A stretch of 61,902 nucleotides of DNA, the filler included. It is 5 parts of 5 records of this genome, joined end to end, with 100 filler letters (N's around TTAATTAATTAA, not from the genome) between each part and the next. Parts side by side here need not be neighbours in the genome. Positions count along the whole stretch, not along the records: positions 1 to 29,133 come from SRR9188676_1717; positions 29,234 to 50,932 come from SRR9188676_1767; 3 more parts are not named here. The stretch is one strand, 5' to 3'. Positions 29,102-44,200 of this stretch are shown one piece after another; the first letter of the stretch is position 1, and the number at the start of each line of letters is the position of its first letter. The position numbers and the translations under genes were made by a program. A model generated the notes under the pieces. The model worked only from the letters and a program-made list of their open reading frames with translations, made no database searches and had not been told where the DNA came from.

Positions 29102-29129
29102 ATTTAACATAATAAATATTATAATTCAA
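29102..29129 (-). mobile_element. dif-like XerC/D site
   Basis: ATTTAACATAA (reverse complement of the E. coli XerD arm TTATGTTAAAT)-TAAATA-TTATAATTCAA. Confidence 0.6.
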
Positions 29130-29133
29130 ATCA

Positions 29134-29233
29134 NNNNNNNNNNNNNNNNNNNNNNNNNNNNNNNNNNNNNNNNNNNNTTAATTAATTAANNNNNNNNNNN
29201 NNNNNNNNNNNNNNNNNNNNNNNNNNNNNNNNN
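29134..29233. other. Artificial contig linker
   Basis: N44-TTAATTAATTAA-N44, stops in all six frames. Confidence 0.98.
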
Positions 29234-29263
29234 CTCTCTCTCTCTCTCTCTCTCTCTCTACAG
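29234..29263 (+). repeat. (CT)n microsatellite serving as polypyrimidine tract and 3' splice site
   Basis: (CT)n-ACAG directly before the in-frame start of the giant exon. Confidence 0.75.
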
Positions 29264-32200
29264 CATCGCGCTCTACTCTGTGCCTGACACCCCGAGCCTG
29301 AGCATCAGTCCCATCTCGACTCAGACCACCGAGGACACCAGCGTCCCATTCACCATATCTCCCAGTGTTACTGACACTGACCAGTCCGAGAGAAACTCTT
29401 TTGTGCTGACCGGCTTGCCGAGCGCTTCGAAAGTCCTTGGTCTCAGTGGTTCCACCTCCTCGATCTCAGGGACAACCTATACATTGGTGTATCTAGGCAC
29501 CACGGGCTATGCGTCACATGCTCTGACTATAAAGCCTCCCCCCCAGTGCGACTATGACATGACTCTGACCGCGCGCTTGCATGCCAAAGAGACAAACAAT
29601 ATGGCTGCTGCACTCTCCAACACTGTCACTCTCTCGATTGAAGTCTCTGCTGTCCCCGATGCTGCCACGCTTGTGAGTTCCACGGATGCAGGGACGGAGG
29701 ATGTTTACACCGCGTTGAAGCTCACACCCTCCTTTCCTGACACCGATTCGTCAGAGCGGTTCGACTACGCCACTTTGAAGCTTGTGCCTAGTGCATCTGG
29801 AATCGTATTCTTGAGCAATGTTGAAGGGGTTCCGGCAGCATACTCGATCACACGCGCAAGCGCCAACACCTTTGCCCAACGCAGTATGCCAGCCTACAGC
29901 CTCACCATTGAAGCTCCAAGCCAGTGTGACAGGGACTTTACCATCAGTGCGACTTTGCAAACGAATGAGGGCTCGCTGACTGCCAGGGGCACGTGGTCAT
30001 ATCGCATTACCTTGCGTGCACAGGCCGACTCTCCTTCCGCGAGTCCCTTTTCGGTGACTTCTTGCATGATGACCGAAGACAAAATGGCAAAGTTGTCGTT
30101 TGATCCCCAACTCTCTGATACGGATGGCAGTGAAGCCGTGCGTCTTTCTACCCAGAGGTCACTGACTGGCCTCGCGAAACTATCTGCTGTCAATTCCGTG
30201 ATTACTGCCACTCCTTTCACGCTTCAGATCAACCTCACACCCACAACCTTCGCCAGTCCAATCAGCTTCAGCATGTCTCCGCAACCACAATGCGATGTTG
30301 ATTTCACTCTGACCTTCAAAGTCCAGAGCGTTGAAAAGAATGGCAACGATTTATTCGCTAGCCCAGCAAGCACGGTTGGAGTCGAGCTTTCCTCGATTAC
30401 AGATGAACCCGTGATCGCATCTGGCAATGACGCGCAATCCACTTTCACGACGGAAGATATCAAGGTCACAATGAACTTCCAACCCAAGAGTGCTGATACA
30501 GATGGCTCGGAATTGCTTGCATCGATTCGTTTGTCCAGGAGCGGGGATGGAATGACCGTGTCAGGACTTTCTCCTCTCCAGCTCATTGCTTCAAGTAACT
30601 CATGGACTGTGACTTATCCAGGCTCTGGCTTTGCTCTCGAACGCATCTACGCTCTCAGCATATTCCCTGTGCCACAATGCGACGTGGACTTCACGATCAC
30701 CTCTCGATCCGCTGCAGTTGAGCGGAACACGCCGATTCAGGCTGCTACTACACTGTCCACTAGCCAGGGTAGAGGTGTGCAATTGCGGTCTTCGCCGGAC
30801 GCCCCCTCACACACCTTGCTGTTCCCGGTTGGGGCCACGAGCACGGTCTCTACTGAGGATTTATCAGTGCCTGTCACGCTCCTGCTTGTGATGGGAGTGG
30901 ATACTGACCGCTCCCAAGAGCTCACGCGGCTGAAAATAACTCCGAGTCGCAACTTTGTTCTCGACGCTTCTTATGGGTTTGTCTCTGCCATCGGTACCTC
31001 CACCTACACTCTGTCTTGCCCCCCCACTGGCTTCACTGCTCAGTTTTCGTATGCTCTTTCGCTGAGTCCTGCTGTACAATCAGATGTCGATTTCACGCTC
31101 TCCTCGTTCGTGCGGTCTTGTGAAAAGAATTCAGCCTCTTCCTCCTCTCTCTGCGCCTGGGGGCCAGTACAAACTCTCAACATGGTGGTCTCGGCTGTAG
31201 CTGATGCACCCACTGCAACTCCAGCCTCCTATACAACCAGCACGAGCGAGGATATCCGTATTACACTCAGCGTTTATCCATTGGCTTTTCTGGACACAGA
31301 TCGGTCCGAGAAATATCGTCGACTCGTGTTGAGTTCCAATTATGCTGGATTGACTTTTGTCGCTTTGGATCATCAAGGCATGGCTGTAGGTGTGAAACAG
31401 TCTAGCAACGTGTATACCATGACCACCGGTATCAATGGATTCTACTCCAATACTGCGGTAGTGTTCAGCGTATCCCCCTTTGTACAGTGCGATCGGGATT
31501 TTACTTTATCTTTCCGGTTCCATAATGTGGAAACGAATGGCGACCAAGTGTACATCCCGGTCTCCTCCGCCATTATGATGCACCTCAGTGCTGTGGCTGA
31601 AACCCCATCCGTGACCACTACGTTGTCCACATTTTCCACAACCGAGGATGTAGGCTGTACAATTCCTCTCACACTGGCCGTGGGTGTCGACACAGATGCT
31701 TCGGAATTGATCCGCACTCTCGTGATCACCACCATTGCCCCTCAAGTCACTGCGCTCTCCGGAACACTCAGTCAATCAGGGACCACATCAACGATCACCA
31801 TGTCCGGGCAGCAACATCTTCCTTCTCCATTGTCTGTCCAACTCACAAGTGCATCCCAATGTGATCTTGACTTCACTGTGAGCGCACGCCTGAATTCGAT
31901 CGAGAGCAATGCCGGCGACTCTCGCACAGCGACTCTTAGTCGAACAGTCATTGTGTCTGCTCTCGCTGAGACCCCTTTGCTCTCTGCCGCTGACACGTTC
32001 ACAACAGAGGATGTCCGTGTCGCTTGGCGCATCACCCCTTCATGGAGTGTCGATACAGATGTGTCCGAGCGTCTCAAGGTGCTCAAAATCGAGCGTCCAT
32101 CCTTTAGCTTTGGCTCTCTCGGAGCTGGTGGGAAATTCACTGGGCTAGCCAATACTGTGTCCGCAGTGAGTATTACGTATTACATACTGACTGCTACCGC

Positions 32201-35200
32201 GGCAGGAAGCTCAGGTTTTGCCTCTGGCAAGTCACTGCAGTCCTTGTCTTTCAGCCCCTCGGTGCATTGCGATATCGACTTCACAGTCACCATCCAGCTC
32301 ACTGCAGTCGAGACGAACGGTCGCTCGGTGGCCTTCACTGCGACCACCATGTGCACAATCATTTCTGCTGTCTCTGATCGTCCTTCCCTGGCTGTCTCTG
32401 GAGGAGGATCCGCTAGACTCACAGAGGATGCCTCACAGTTTATCCGAATCACGCCCTCCCTCCAGGATACTGATAGCTCGGAATGGTTCCACACTCTGCG
32501 TCTGCGATCCTACAACACTGCAACGTACATTTCTTCTGTTGGGTACCAGCTGTCCTCTGCTCTGCCGTACAGCTCTGCTGCGTGTGATGCTTTGCTGACC
32601 TTCACGCGCACGAACCCGAGTGGATCGACCTCTCGTGCCGTGACCACAACCATCATGCCTGTCTCTCAGTGTGACATTGACTTCACCGTGACAATGACAC
32701 TGATGGCATCCGAGAAGAATGGGCTGGATGTCTCGGACCAGCTATTATCCGCAACCGCGTCTTTTGGTATCTCTCTTTATGCCGTTTGCGATGTCCCTCA
32801 GCTCTCTCTCCCTGCCTCGACATCCACTCTCGAGGACAACACCCTACCAGTGGCCGTCACACCCAAGTTTGGGGCCGATACTGATGCCAGTGAGGCGTTG
32901 CGCATGCTCGTGTTCTCAGGCATGCGGTCTGTGACATTGCCCTCCATCTCTTATTTCAAAAGCTCCCAATACGGTAACACCTACACGCTGACCGCAACGG
33001 ATACTGGCTTTGCTCACAACACGATGCTGCCGTCCTTCCATGTGACTCTGGCTCGGCAGTGCGATGTCGATTTCAGCTTCAAGCTCACGGTCATTTCTCA
33101 TGAAAGTGATCTGGATAGCAGCCCAGTGGTCCAAAAGGCCACAGCGTCCATGCAGGTTTATATATCTGCTCTCGCAGACATGCCATGGGTTTCCAGTTCC
33201 CTCTCGACCTCGACCATCGAAGACATCTCTGTGCCGCTTTCTCTGTCCCCATTTTCGGCAGACACAGATTCTTCTGATCGAATTCGTGGATTGATCATCA
33301 CCACGAGTGCGCTTGAACAGAACCTTCGCTTTACAAGCACGTCCAACGTCGTTTCGAGCGTGTCAGGGACCACTTACACAATGGCACACCCCAACTTGGG
33401 CTATGGCAAAAATACAATAAAGACATGGTTCTCGCGCGTGGCTGTGGCTCAGTGTGATTTCGACTTCACTTTGGTCATCCGATCGAAAAGCATCGAGACC
33501 AATGGCGGGGATTCTGCGTTAAGCACCACTGTGTGTCTTCAAGTGCTCGTGACGCCTGTGTCTGATACGCCTGTCCTCACGCTCGGCACTCCGTTTGCTG
33601 GATCTGAGGATACCCTTGTGCGATTGACACTCACTCCTCGCGTGGATGAGGATACTGATCTCTCAGAACTGCTTACCTCTCTCACCATCAAGTCAAGCGC
33701 TGATCTCACATATCAGAGTATTTCTGGAACCTCGGCCACTTCCATCGCGACGCTGTGCACGCTGACTGCCAGCGCTTCTGGCTTTGCTACAGGTGTTTCG
33801 TTCACGCTGGAAATTACCACCTCACCGCAGTGCGATGTAGACTTTACGAGCAGCTTTGTGCTCCGATCATGTGAAAATAATGCTGCTGCTGTCCCTGCAT
33901 CTTTTGCTTGCTCTACCTATTCCATTTCAAGTCTAGTTCAAGTCTCGGCCGTGGCGGACACTGTCTCGATCTCAATTTCCACCACTCCGGCCCCCTTGCT
34001 GTCCACGGAGGATTCAACTTCTTTGGTGACCGTGTCAGGGGTCCTGATCGACACGGACTCATCCGAGCAAATTCGAAAGCTTATTTTTACGAAATTGCAA
34101 GGAGTGACTTTCCTTTCTATTCCTGTCACATCTTCTTTGGTCATCACTACAGTTTATACCTTGACTGCTGGTTTTGCCACTGGCTTTGATGGTGCGAGTA
34201 CCAGTCTAACGATCAAACCGGTTCGAGAATGTGACATTGATTTCACATTAACTGCTTATGCTGTCACAGCGGAGGAAAATCGCAAAGACCAACTTCGATC
34301 CACAAGTAAAAGCACAGCCGTGGCTCTGACTGCAGTAACGGACGCCCCTATCCTCACTGCAACTTCCACAGCCACGACCACTGAGGATGTGAAAGCTCCC
34401 TTCGCACTTAATCCCAGAAACAATATTGACACGGACGGATCACAGTCTCTTGGACCCTATGTGTTCAAGTACCCGTCCTATCCAGGGAATGTGTACCAGT
34501 TCCAACCCAGTGGCACAGGCACGGTCACTAGTACCGGGTGTATCTACACGCTCACTGCGGCAGCCGCAAGCGGCTTTGCCTCGTCATCTGCGACATACTA
34601 TGTGACTGCACCCGCACAATGCGATCAGTCTTTCACTCTCACCACCGTGCTGTTCACTCTCGAGCGGAATCATGTGATCACGGATGCAGGCGCCTCCACA
34701 TCCTTGAGCATCGGGTTCCGGGTGGTACCAAGTGCAGATTTCCCCGTGATCTCGGTGGTGCAAACCACCTGCACGAGTGAGGATACTCAGACTGTTTTGA
34801 GTGTCATCATCCCTTCGCATGGCGCCGATACTGACCAATCTCAGCTTCTCAGCAGCATATCTCTGCGAGGCCCCGCGGGTATTTTGATCCCGTCCCCTGC
34901 CGTCTATTCATCCAACATCTTCACGCTCACTGCGGCCTCGTCAACAGGATTCACTTCCGCTTATGCTGCGGACTCGCTGTCTTTAACCCCGACCAATCAA
35001 TGCGATATTGACTTCACTCTGACCGTGCGTGTGACCACCCTGGAGCGAAATCGTATGGTTGTATCCAAGACCGCGCGACTTGGCAGCACCACACTCGGTG
35101 TGACCGTGAGTGCGGTCGCTGATTCAGGTGTGCTCTCGCTGTCCCCGGCCTCAGGCTCCACGCAGACCACAGAGGATATGCGCGCTGCAGTGGGCGTTGA

Positions 35201-38200
35201 GGCGAGATTCAATGTCGATTCTGATTTATCCGAAAAGTTCCGCGCGCTCATTCTACGACAGTACATGCCGAATTCTATGCCCTTCCCTTACAGCTTTGTC
35301 ATGAATCATCCTGTCGCAACATCGCAGAGTTCGACTTACTACACCATCACCACACTCAATACTGGCTTCGAATCCTATGTGCCTCTTCCACTGAGCATCA
35401 CGCCTGCGACACAATGCGACGTCGACTTCACCGTTTCAATCACTCTGGTCAGTATCGAAGCGAACCGAGTAGGTGCAACAGCAGCGACTACCTCCAACTC
35501 TTTCAGTGTCACTGTGCGTGCGCGGACTGACAGCTTCTCGCTGGCACTCCCTTCGAGCACCGGCACCATTGAGGACACAACTGTCACCATGAGCATCACA
35601 CCCTCGAATATCGTAGACACTGATCGCTCCGAGCGGGCTTCGCAAGTGCGTGTCTCTCCACCCAGTCGCATGTCGGCTGTCGCATTCCCCTTGACCCATT
35701 TCCCTTCAAGCTCCATTCTAGCTACTTCCTATGTCTTTGCGAATTGTGATGTAAACTTTATGTTTTCGATCACCGTATTCTCATTCACTCCTAGCCGTCA
35801 ATGCGATATCGATTTCACGCTCACCGTTGCTGTGACCAATGTGGAGCTGAATGGTGTTGTGCCATCCATCACCTCCTCAGCCACAGCTCCGGTCTCTGTC
35901 AGTGCTTTGTCTGATGAACCAAGCTGGGCGGTTATATCAACTTCAACGACTACCACTGAGGACATCAAGGTTGCCATCCGAAGCACTGCGCAGTTTGGCG
36001 TAGACACGGATGCCTCTGACCGGCTGCGCAAGATTATTCTCAGCGCGTTACCCACGGGGTCTAGAGTCACTGGCATGCCGACTGCACCCACGACCACCCT
36101 CGCTGCCTCGGTTTACACTGCCACTGCTGCCGGGACCGGTCTCGCTCCAGGAATGAAACTCTTGCCCTACAGTGTGTCTGCTGTCGCTCAAACCGACTAT
36201 GACTTCACTCTCTCTGCCAAGGTCGCAGCTGTCGAAGAGAATGACAAAATGTGCTCGCTGAGTACACCCCTCGAGGTCAAGATTTCTGTGACAGCACGAG
36301 CGGATACTCCAGCAGCTGTTTCAGTAACCTCCACGGCCACTTGGGAAGATCAACAAGTTGCAGTGAGAATGACACCAGATATTCTTGTTGATACCGATGG
36401 GAGTGAATATATCGGTACTATTCTTTTCAGCGCCATTTCATCATTCGTTCGTTTTGCTTCGTCACATTCCTCATCGCAAGTTGGAAGCAAGTATACCATC
36501 ACAAACAACCTGATGATGAACTCTGGCTTCGCTGTTCGATCTGCTGTCCCATCTCTGAGTGTGAGTCCCGCAGCTCATTCTGACATGGATTTCACCTTGA
36601 CTAGTCGAGTGTTTGCGTACGAGTCAAATGGAGCTTCATCTCGCGCTCTCAGTCCCTCTGTGAGCTTTGGAATCGCTGTCTCTGCCATCGCGGATGCCCC
36701 AGTGCTGACTGTAATAGTGTCCCGGTACACTACCGAGGACAAGGCTGTGAGGCTGATTTTCACACCTACTGCATCACCGGATACAGATCGGTCCAATCCA
36801 ATCCAGAAGCTCGTGATTCAAGAAGTTGGTAGTGTCATACTTGGACGCACTTTTCTTGGTGTCTCCAACACGCTCTCGACCCTCGTGTCAAATGTGTACA
36901 CGATGAGTCATCTCGCCGTGACTGGCTTCCTGAATGCAAATACTCCGATCTTGTCTGTGCTTCCATCCATTGACTGTGATTGGGATTTCTCGCTTACTTT
37001 AGCTCTGCGCGCTGTGGAGAGAAATGGGAAAAACGAGCTGGAGTCGTCGACCTCCTCTGGAACTGTTTGGGTTCGAGTGATCCCACTTGCCGATGTTCCC
37101 TCCGCTCCACTCCTCACTACCACAATGACAACTGAAGATTCGAAAGTGCGCTTGGTTATGGATCCATACGGCTCGCGTGATACGGACGAGAGTGAATGCC
37201 TCTCTCGCCTTGTCATGAAAACTCCCGCTTTCAGCATCACTACTACTGGTTTCAGTGTGCATCTTCTTCCTCAGACTGCGACACTTCCAGTTGGATCGAT
37301 TTTCACCCTCTCAACTGCAGGCTCTTTCACTCCCGCCGCTTCCATTCCAAGCTTCTCCATTTCGAATCCTGCCGAATGCGATGTCGACTTCACCTATACT
37401 GTGTACTTCATCTCTCGTGAAACCAATATTGGAGGGGACTTTGCTGTCTCTTCTACGAAATCCACCGGTGTCGAAATCTATGCTGTCAGTGATGAGCCTG
37501 CTGTGAGCTCGAGCCCAACAACATCGACCTCTGAGGATGTTGCTGTGGCCCTTTCCGTCACGGCGAACTACGTCAGTGATACTGACTTTTCCGACCGACT
37601 GCGGAAAATCTCTCTCACTTCTCTTCCTTCTGGGACCCGGATTCGAGCGATTCCCACAACTACATCGAGCTATACTTCGACGGTTTACACGCTAACGCAG
37701 GGAGGTACGACATTGACTGTGCCTGGACACGCATATTCACTATCATCAGTGAATCTGAGTGGATTCTCGTCTGGTGCCAAGGTCCGCGCGTTGAGCGTGT
37801 CGCCGATTAGCCAGTGCGACATTGACTTCACCTTGACCGCTCGAGTGATTGCGGTGGAACAAAATGGCAAAGACATCTCTATCTCATCATCGCGTGCAAC
37901 CATTGGCATTGCCGTGAGCGCCGTCGCAGATGTTCCTCTGCTTCAGATCGCCACTACGACTTGCACTACGGAGGATGTGCTTGTAAAATTAACTGTGACA
38001 CCAGCATTCACATTCTCGAATAGCGACACAGACGGGTCTGATCGGCCTCACAAGCTTGTGGCTCGCCTCCCTGTGGCCGACTATTTCACTCTCACTACTC
38101 CCCCAACTACTTTCTCTTCCCAGATTTTGGGCACATCTTTCACACTCAGTGCTGGCAGCATGACTGGATTCGAACTCAATTCCGCTCTGTCTGGCTGGAG

Positions 38201-41200
38201 TATTTCACCCCCTCTTCAATGTCACATTGATTTTTCTCTTTATGTTGCTCTCACCTCCGTCGAGTTTAATGGAAAGTCACCCAAGACGACCTCTTATCTT
38301 TCCACCCGAGTGACTGTATCGGCAAACAGCGATATTCCAGATCTGAGCGTGACAACCACCCTCTCAACTCTGGAAGATACACTTGTACGGCTCGACTTCA
38401 CTCCTAGTCATGTTTTCGACACAGATCGCAGCGAGCGATTGAAAACGATTTCCATTGAGGCCAGCGCTCTGACTGCTCCCTATCTCACTCTCACGCCGCT
38501 GTCTGCCCATCTGTATTCTGTGACCACCAATTCAGGTTCAGCGGTGTTCACTCTCTCCACCTCACAGCCAAGCATGACATCTGCAGTGCGAATCTCTCGC
38601 CCTAGCTTATCCTGCCCTGTTCAATGCGATCTTGACTTTTCCTTGACTGCCCGGCTGACCAGCGTGGAATTCAACGGCAAGTCCACGTCCTATTCCTCCA
38701 CGATATCGTTTGGCATTGTTGTGTCAGCGCAATCGGACCCCGTGACGTTCACCATGTCCACGAGCACCTCGACAACTGAGGACGTGAACGTGATCGTGTT
38801 CGTCACCCCGACCCTGATGGATGACTCCGACAAGTCAGAGCTGCTCAAGGTGATGTCCATTCAGCATGCACAGCTGAGCTATATGCAACTCACGGCGCTA
38901 GCCAGCACCAAGAGCTGCATGACGGACACAAGATACACCGTGAGCCAAAGTGGAACCGAGTTCTTCACCAGCGGTGCGATTGTGAGTCTTGACCTGCGCC
39001 CTGCCTCTCAATGCGATATCGATTTCACATGGAGTCTTGCTGTCTATGCTTACGAGCAAAATAATCAAATGTACAGCAGCACAACTGCGTCCATTGCTGT
39101 GAAGGTTTCTGCGGACTGTGATTTACCGAATATCTCTGTTGACGCTACAACGGAAACAACTGAGGATATCAAAGTGGCCCTGACTGTGACACCCTCGCTT
39201 CCCACAGATACTGATCGCTCCGAAACGATCCGGAAATTTGTTGTTGTGACTACCGCTGCTGCCATCTCTTTCTCGCGCATGATTGGCACCGTGTCCTCTG
39301 TTTCGGGCACTCGCTTCACTCTGACTGGCATCGGGAGCGGTTTTCAGTGGGATACAAAGCTTGTTTCTTACAGTCTCACACCAGCCTTGCAGTGTGATAG
39401 TGATTTTACTCTCTCGCTACGAGTCTTTAGCCGAGAAGAGAATGGCAAGAAGCAGCTTGGCTCGGCAACGATTCCCAGCATCCAAGTTTTCGTCTCCGCG
39501 GATAGCGATCTCCCAATCTTGAAGTATGTTTCCACTACTACTGGCGCAACCACCACATCTGAGGATGTCCGTGTGATCATCCCTCTGGAGCTCAGCATGG
39601 GTGTGGATACGGACAAGTCAGACAGGCTGCGCAAGCTTTCTGCTCAGAGCATGCCTGTGGGTATCACATTCACTGGGGTACAACAATCTCCGCATTCCTC
39701 ATCGCTTTCCAATACTCTCTACACTCTGACTTGCTCTGGGAGCGGCTGGGCCTCTGGTCAGAAGACGCAACTGCTTCCACTTTCCTTGAGTGCTGCTATC
39801 CATTGCGATGTGGATTTCACTTCAACCTTCACTCTATTCTCTGTCGAGGAGAATGGTGCCGATTTCGCAGCAACATCCATCTCCTTGGCTGTGATAATCC
39901 TCGGCATTGCTGATAAGCCATCCATCTCCGCAGTGTCAACCACGACCACTGAAGATGTCCAAGTGTCTTTGACAGTGGCGGTATCCGTGCAGGATACTGA
40001 TATCAGTGATCGACTGCGTGTGTTATCCATCCGTCGAGCCGTCCCGACTTCAGCGTTAAATCGGGTGACCTATGCTTGGATTCCGGGCACGGAGTCAACC
40101 ATTAGTGCCACCCTCTACTCCCTCACTTGCCTCAGTACAGGTTTCGGATCTGGAGGAGGAGGAGGTAGTGTGGTCACAGCGCTCAGTGTCAGTCCTGTAG
40201 TGCAATGCGATATTGATTTTACTCTCACCGTTCAGGTGAAAGCTGTGGAGCAAAACGGACGGAGTTATTCGACGTCCAGCACTCAGCCGCTTGCCGTGCT
40301 TTTGTCTTCGTGGGCAGACCTGCCTGCGATCTCTGTGCGCGAGACTGCTGTGACGACGGAGGATGAGACTGTGACTCTGTTCATGACTCCGATTATCGGT
40401 GAAGACAGTGACTCTTCGGACCATCTTCGCAAGATCTTTATCTCTGCACTGAATCATGCCACTTTCCATGGGCTGGCTTCTTCATCTTCCACTCGTGTGA
40501 GCACCAAGTACACTCTCAGTTCGCTTGATATGAACGGGTTTGTTCGACTGAAAGTGGTCAAGATGAACATCTCCCCTGCCGTCCAATCCGATATCGATTT
40601 CACTCTGACGGTAAATGTCATTTCTGTCGAAAAGAACAACAAAGACGCGATGGCCTCGACAACACTCTCCATTGGAATCGCAGTGTTGAGCCTCGCAGAT
40701 CCTCCGATGCTTACTGTTCAGACTTCGACCACTGTTTCTGAGGATGTGAAAGTACGACTCGATGTGAGCCCATCTTTTGTCCGGGATACTGATGTCAGTG
40801 ATCGCCTGCGGAAAATTGTGATGCAAACGTCGTCCTTCAGGCCGTTGACTCTCGTTGGTCTGAGCAACTGCTATTCTACAATGCTGGCAACTGTATACAC
40901 GATTTCACACCACTCGGGAAGCACCGGTTTCACTTCTGGTTTGGCTGTTGTGTCATTTTCTATCTCCCCGCCAGTTCAGAGCGATATCGATTTTTCTCTT
41001 GCTGTGAAAATCATTAGCGTGGAAATGAATGGACAAACTCAATCTGTATCAACCACTGTGTCCACCAAGTTCACGATTTCTGCAGTGGCTGATGCTCCTT
41101 CTCTAGAGGTCGCAGCCAGCACTCACACAACTGAGGACATCTCGGTAAAGCTTTACCTCACGCCATTTATTGGCCAAGACTCCGATGCCTCGGACCGTCT

Positions 41201-44200
41201 CGTGAAATTGAGCATGTCAAACGTTCCTGTGGGCTCCAAATTCAGGGCTAGATTTTTATCCTCTTCTATTTCTGGACAAATCTATACTCTCACTCGTAAC
41301 GCTGGTGTGGGCTTCCAAACGAATTCTATCGTGAGCTCGGAATTGTCATTCATCCCGCCGCTGCAGACCGATGTAGACTTTACTGTCTCGGCTCGCTTCT
41401 ACTCGACTGAACAGAATGGGAAATCGGTCGATGTGAGCTCGACTGTGAGTTTCGGAATGAGCATCACTGCTCGCGCCGATCAGCCTGCGTTCTACCCTCC
41501 TTCTGTCTCCACAACAACGAGTGAAGATGTTTGCGTGGTATTGAAGCTGACTGTCAAGTTTGGTGAAGATACTGATGCCTCTGACCGATTAACACGGCTT
41601 CGAATCTCTCATGCAAAGCTTTCCTATATTTCATTTGCATCTCTTGTGAATAGTGAGTCCATTCGAGTTGCGAGCTACTTCACATTGACCTTTGAAAACA
41701 CCGGTTTTGCAACTGATACACTAATCTCTGATTTGAGTGTCAGTCCAGCTGTTCAATGTGACGTCTCATTCACTCTCACCACCACGCTTGTGAGTGTGGA
41801 ATTCAATGCCAAGTCGTCTTTCCTGTCCACCTCTGTCACAAGCGGCGTGTTCATCTCTGCTGTGAGTGACACTCCAAATTTCGTGACTGAACCTTCAACC
41901 CACACCACAGAGGACCTGAAGGTGACGCTCTTCACCACGCCGCTATTTGGTGAGGATACTGATCGCTCCGACAATGTCCGTAAACTTCTGCTTCGTTCAC
42001 AACACATCCTGGCTATGTCTTTCACGAGCATATCCTTCTCGACCTCGAAGCGATCTGGGTCTTTTTACACGCTAACTGGGCGAACCGGCTTTGTTATTGG
42101 CTCCAAGATTCCATCATTGAGTCTCATTCCTGTCATTCAATGCGACTTGGACTTTACGCTGTCCCTTGAGGTCCAGAGTGTCGAGGAGGTTGGCAAGGAT
42201 TCGTCTACTTCGGCACAGTCTTTAATGTCAGTTTTTATCAGTGCTTTGCCTGATGATTGTACATTAAAAGTGCTCAGTACCTCCACAATGGAAGACACAT
42301 GTGTGCCGCTGACTTTCACTCCATTCACCAATATCGACACAGATAACTCCGAGCGCGTTCGAGGCTTTTCACTCTCACACCATTCCATCTCCATGAGTCA
42401 GCTCGGGTACGTCTACAGCGGAACGTCTACAGTTTCTGCCACAAGCATGACTGCACGATACTACACGCTGAGTGTCCAAACCCCTTTGCTCTTCTTGCAA
42501 AAGGTTGCTCTCATGAGCGTATCGCCTTCTGTGCAATGTGATGTGGACTTCACTTTGAGTTCGCGTGCTCTGACCTTTGAGGTCAATAATCGCTTGCCCG
42601 ACCAGTCTATGTCCTCTGGCCTTTCAATTGCTGTGAGTGCGCTTTCCGATGAACCCAATCTTTTGGTCGAATCCTCTTCCAGTGTGACTGAGGATGTCCG
42701 AATTCAGCTCAAATTCACACCCTCCTTTGTTCACGACACCGATGGTTCTGATCGCTTAAGAAGAGTGCGTGTTTCTGGCGCTGTAGTTCCCAGCCTCACA
42801 TTTATCCCCCCGAAGTTGATTGCTTCCACCTCTTCACGTCCCGCGACACACTACACCCTGAGTGCCATCGGTACCTCCCCTGTGTTCGCTCACACTAAAG
42901 CCACTATTCTATCTTTGTCACCGCCTGTACAATGCGATGTGGACTTTTCACTGTCTCTGATGATCTTTGCCGTCGAACAGAACGGATTGGTCGTATCCAA
43001 ATTCCCTGTTCAAGATGGTATAACCACCGGTATCTCTGTGTCCGCACGTTCTGATGAGCCTCTGCTTGCAATACTATCCACTCAAACTACGGAAGATATC
43101 ATGGTAAAGATCACTCTGACTCCTAGCTTTGACCGCGATACTGATCGCTCCGATGCCCTGCGCGTTATCAATCTGCACTTTGCAAGCATCAAATCCAAGG
43201 GTATTTCTCTTCCAGTGCTCAGTTTCCTGTCCTTCTCCTCCGTTGCAAACACTTGTACTGCCTCGTTCAACACAGATTACACAGTATCTGTTTTCGGCTC
43301 TGGTTTCGCATCGAAGGGCATGATCCTGACCTTGTCTCTGTCTCCTGCTGTACAATCGGACGTCGATTTCACGATCACATCGCGCATTCACGCTGTGGAA
43401 GAGAATGACAAGACGGTCTCTAGGTCCCTACCCAAGACCATTGCAGTGGCCGTTCTCGCACGCTGTGATACCCCAGACTACATCTTTTCCACTACGACCA
43501 CAACCACGGAGGATGTGCAAGTCGGTTTCATTTTAACTCCAGTCCCCATCGACACAGATTCTTCAGATCAGGTCAGAAAAATGTCCTTTAGCTCAAACAA
43601 TCCGGGTGTCATGGCTGCATTAGGCTTCTCAGCTTCGGGGCAATTTGATTTTGTCCGGGATGAAACAGCGTACACCATGAGCTACATTGGCAACGGTTTC
43701 GACTATAGTACAGCGTCCATGAATTCTGCGTCTGTGACTCCACCATGGCAATGCGATGTCGACTTCACTCTGACTGTCCAGCCGATGAACCTGGAGGAAA
43801 ACGGCAAGAACTCGCTGGTTTCGAACCGCGACACTGTCGGCGTGGTTGTTTCTGCTGCATGCGATATCCCGCTACTGAAAGCAACCGAATCTACAGAGAC
43901 AACGGAGGATATCTCAGTGGTTCTGCTGTTTAATCCATCCCTCGGTATCGATTCGGATGTCTCGGAGCGCCTTCGCAGGCTATGGTTGGTCCAGGATAAC
44001 ATGTTCAATGCCCCAAGTCTCATGTCTCATCTGAAGTTTGGCAGTGTGACCGATACTGACTCTGTGCGCACTGCAGCTGTATTTACCCTCACCAGCCCGG
44101 CTTCTGGATTTATGGATCAGACGCTGATTACAAACCTGAGTGTGAGTCCATCCTTGGTATGCGATATAGATTTCACCTTATTTGCTCGGATTACCGCCGT

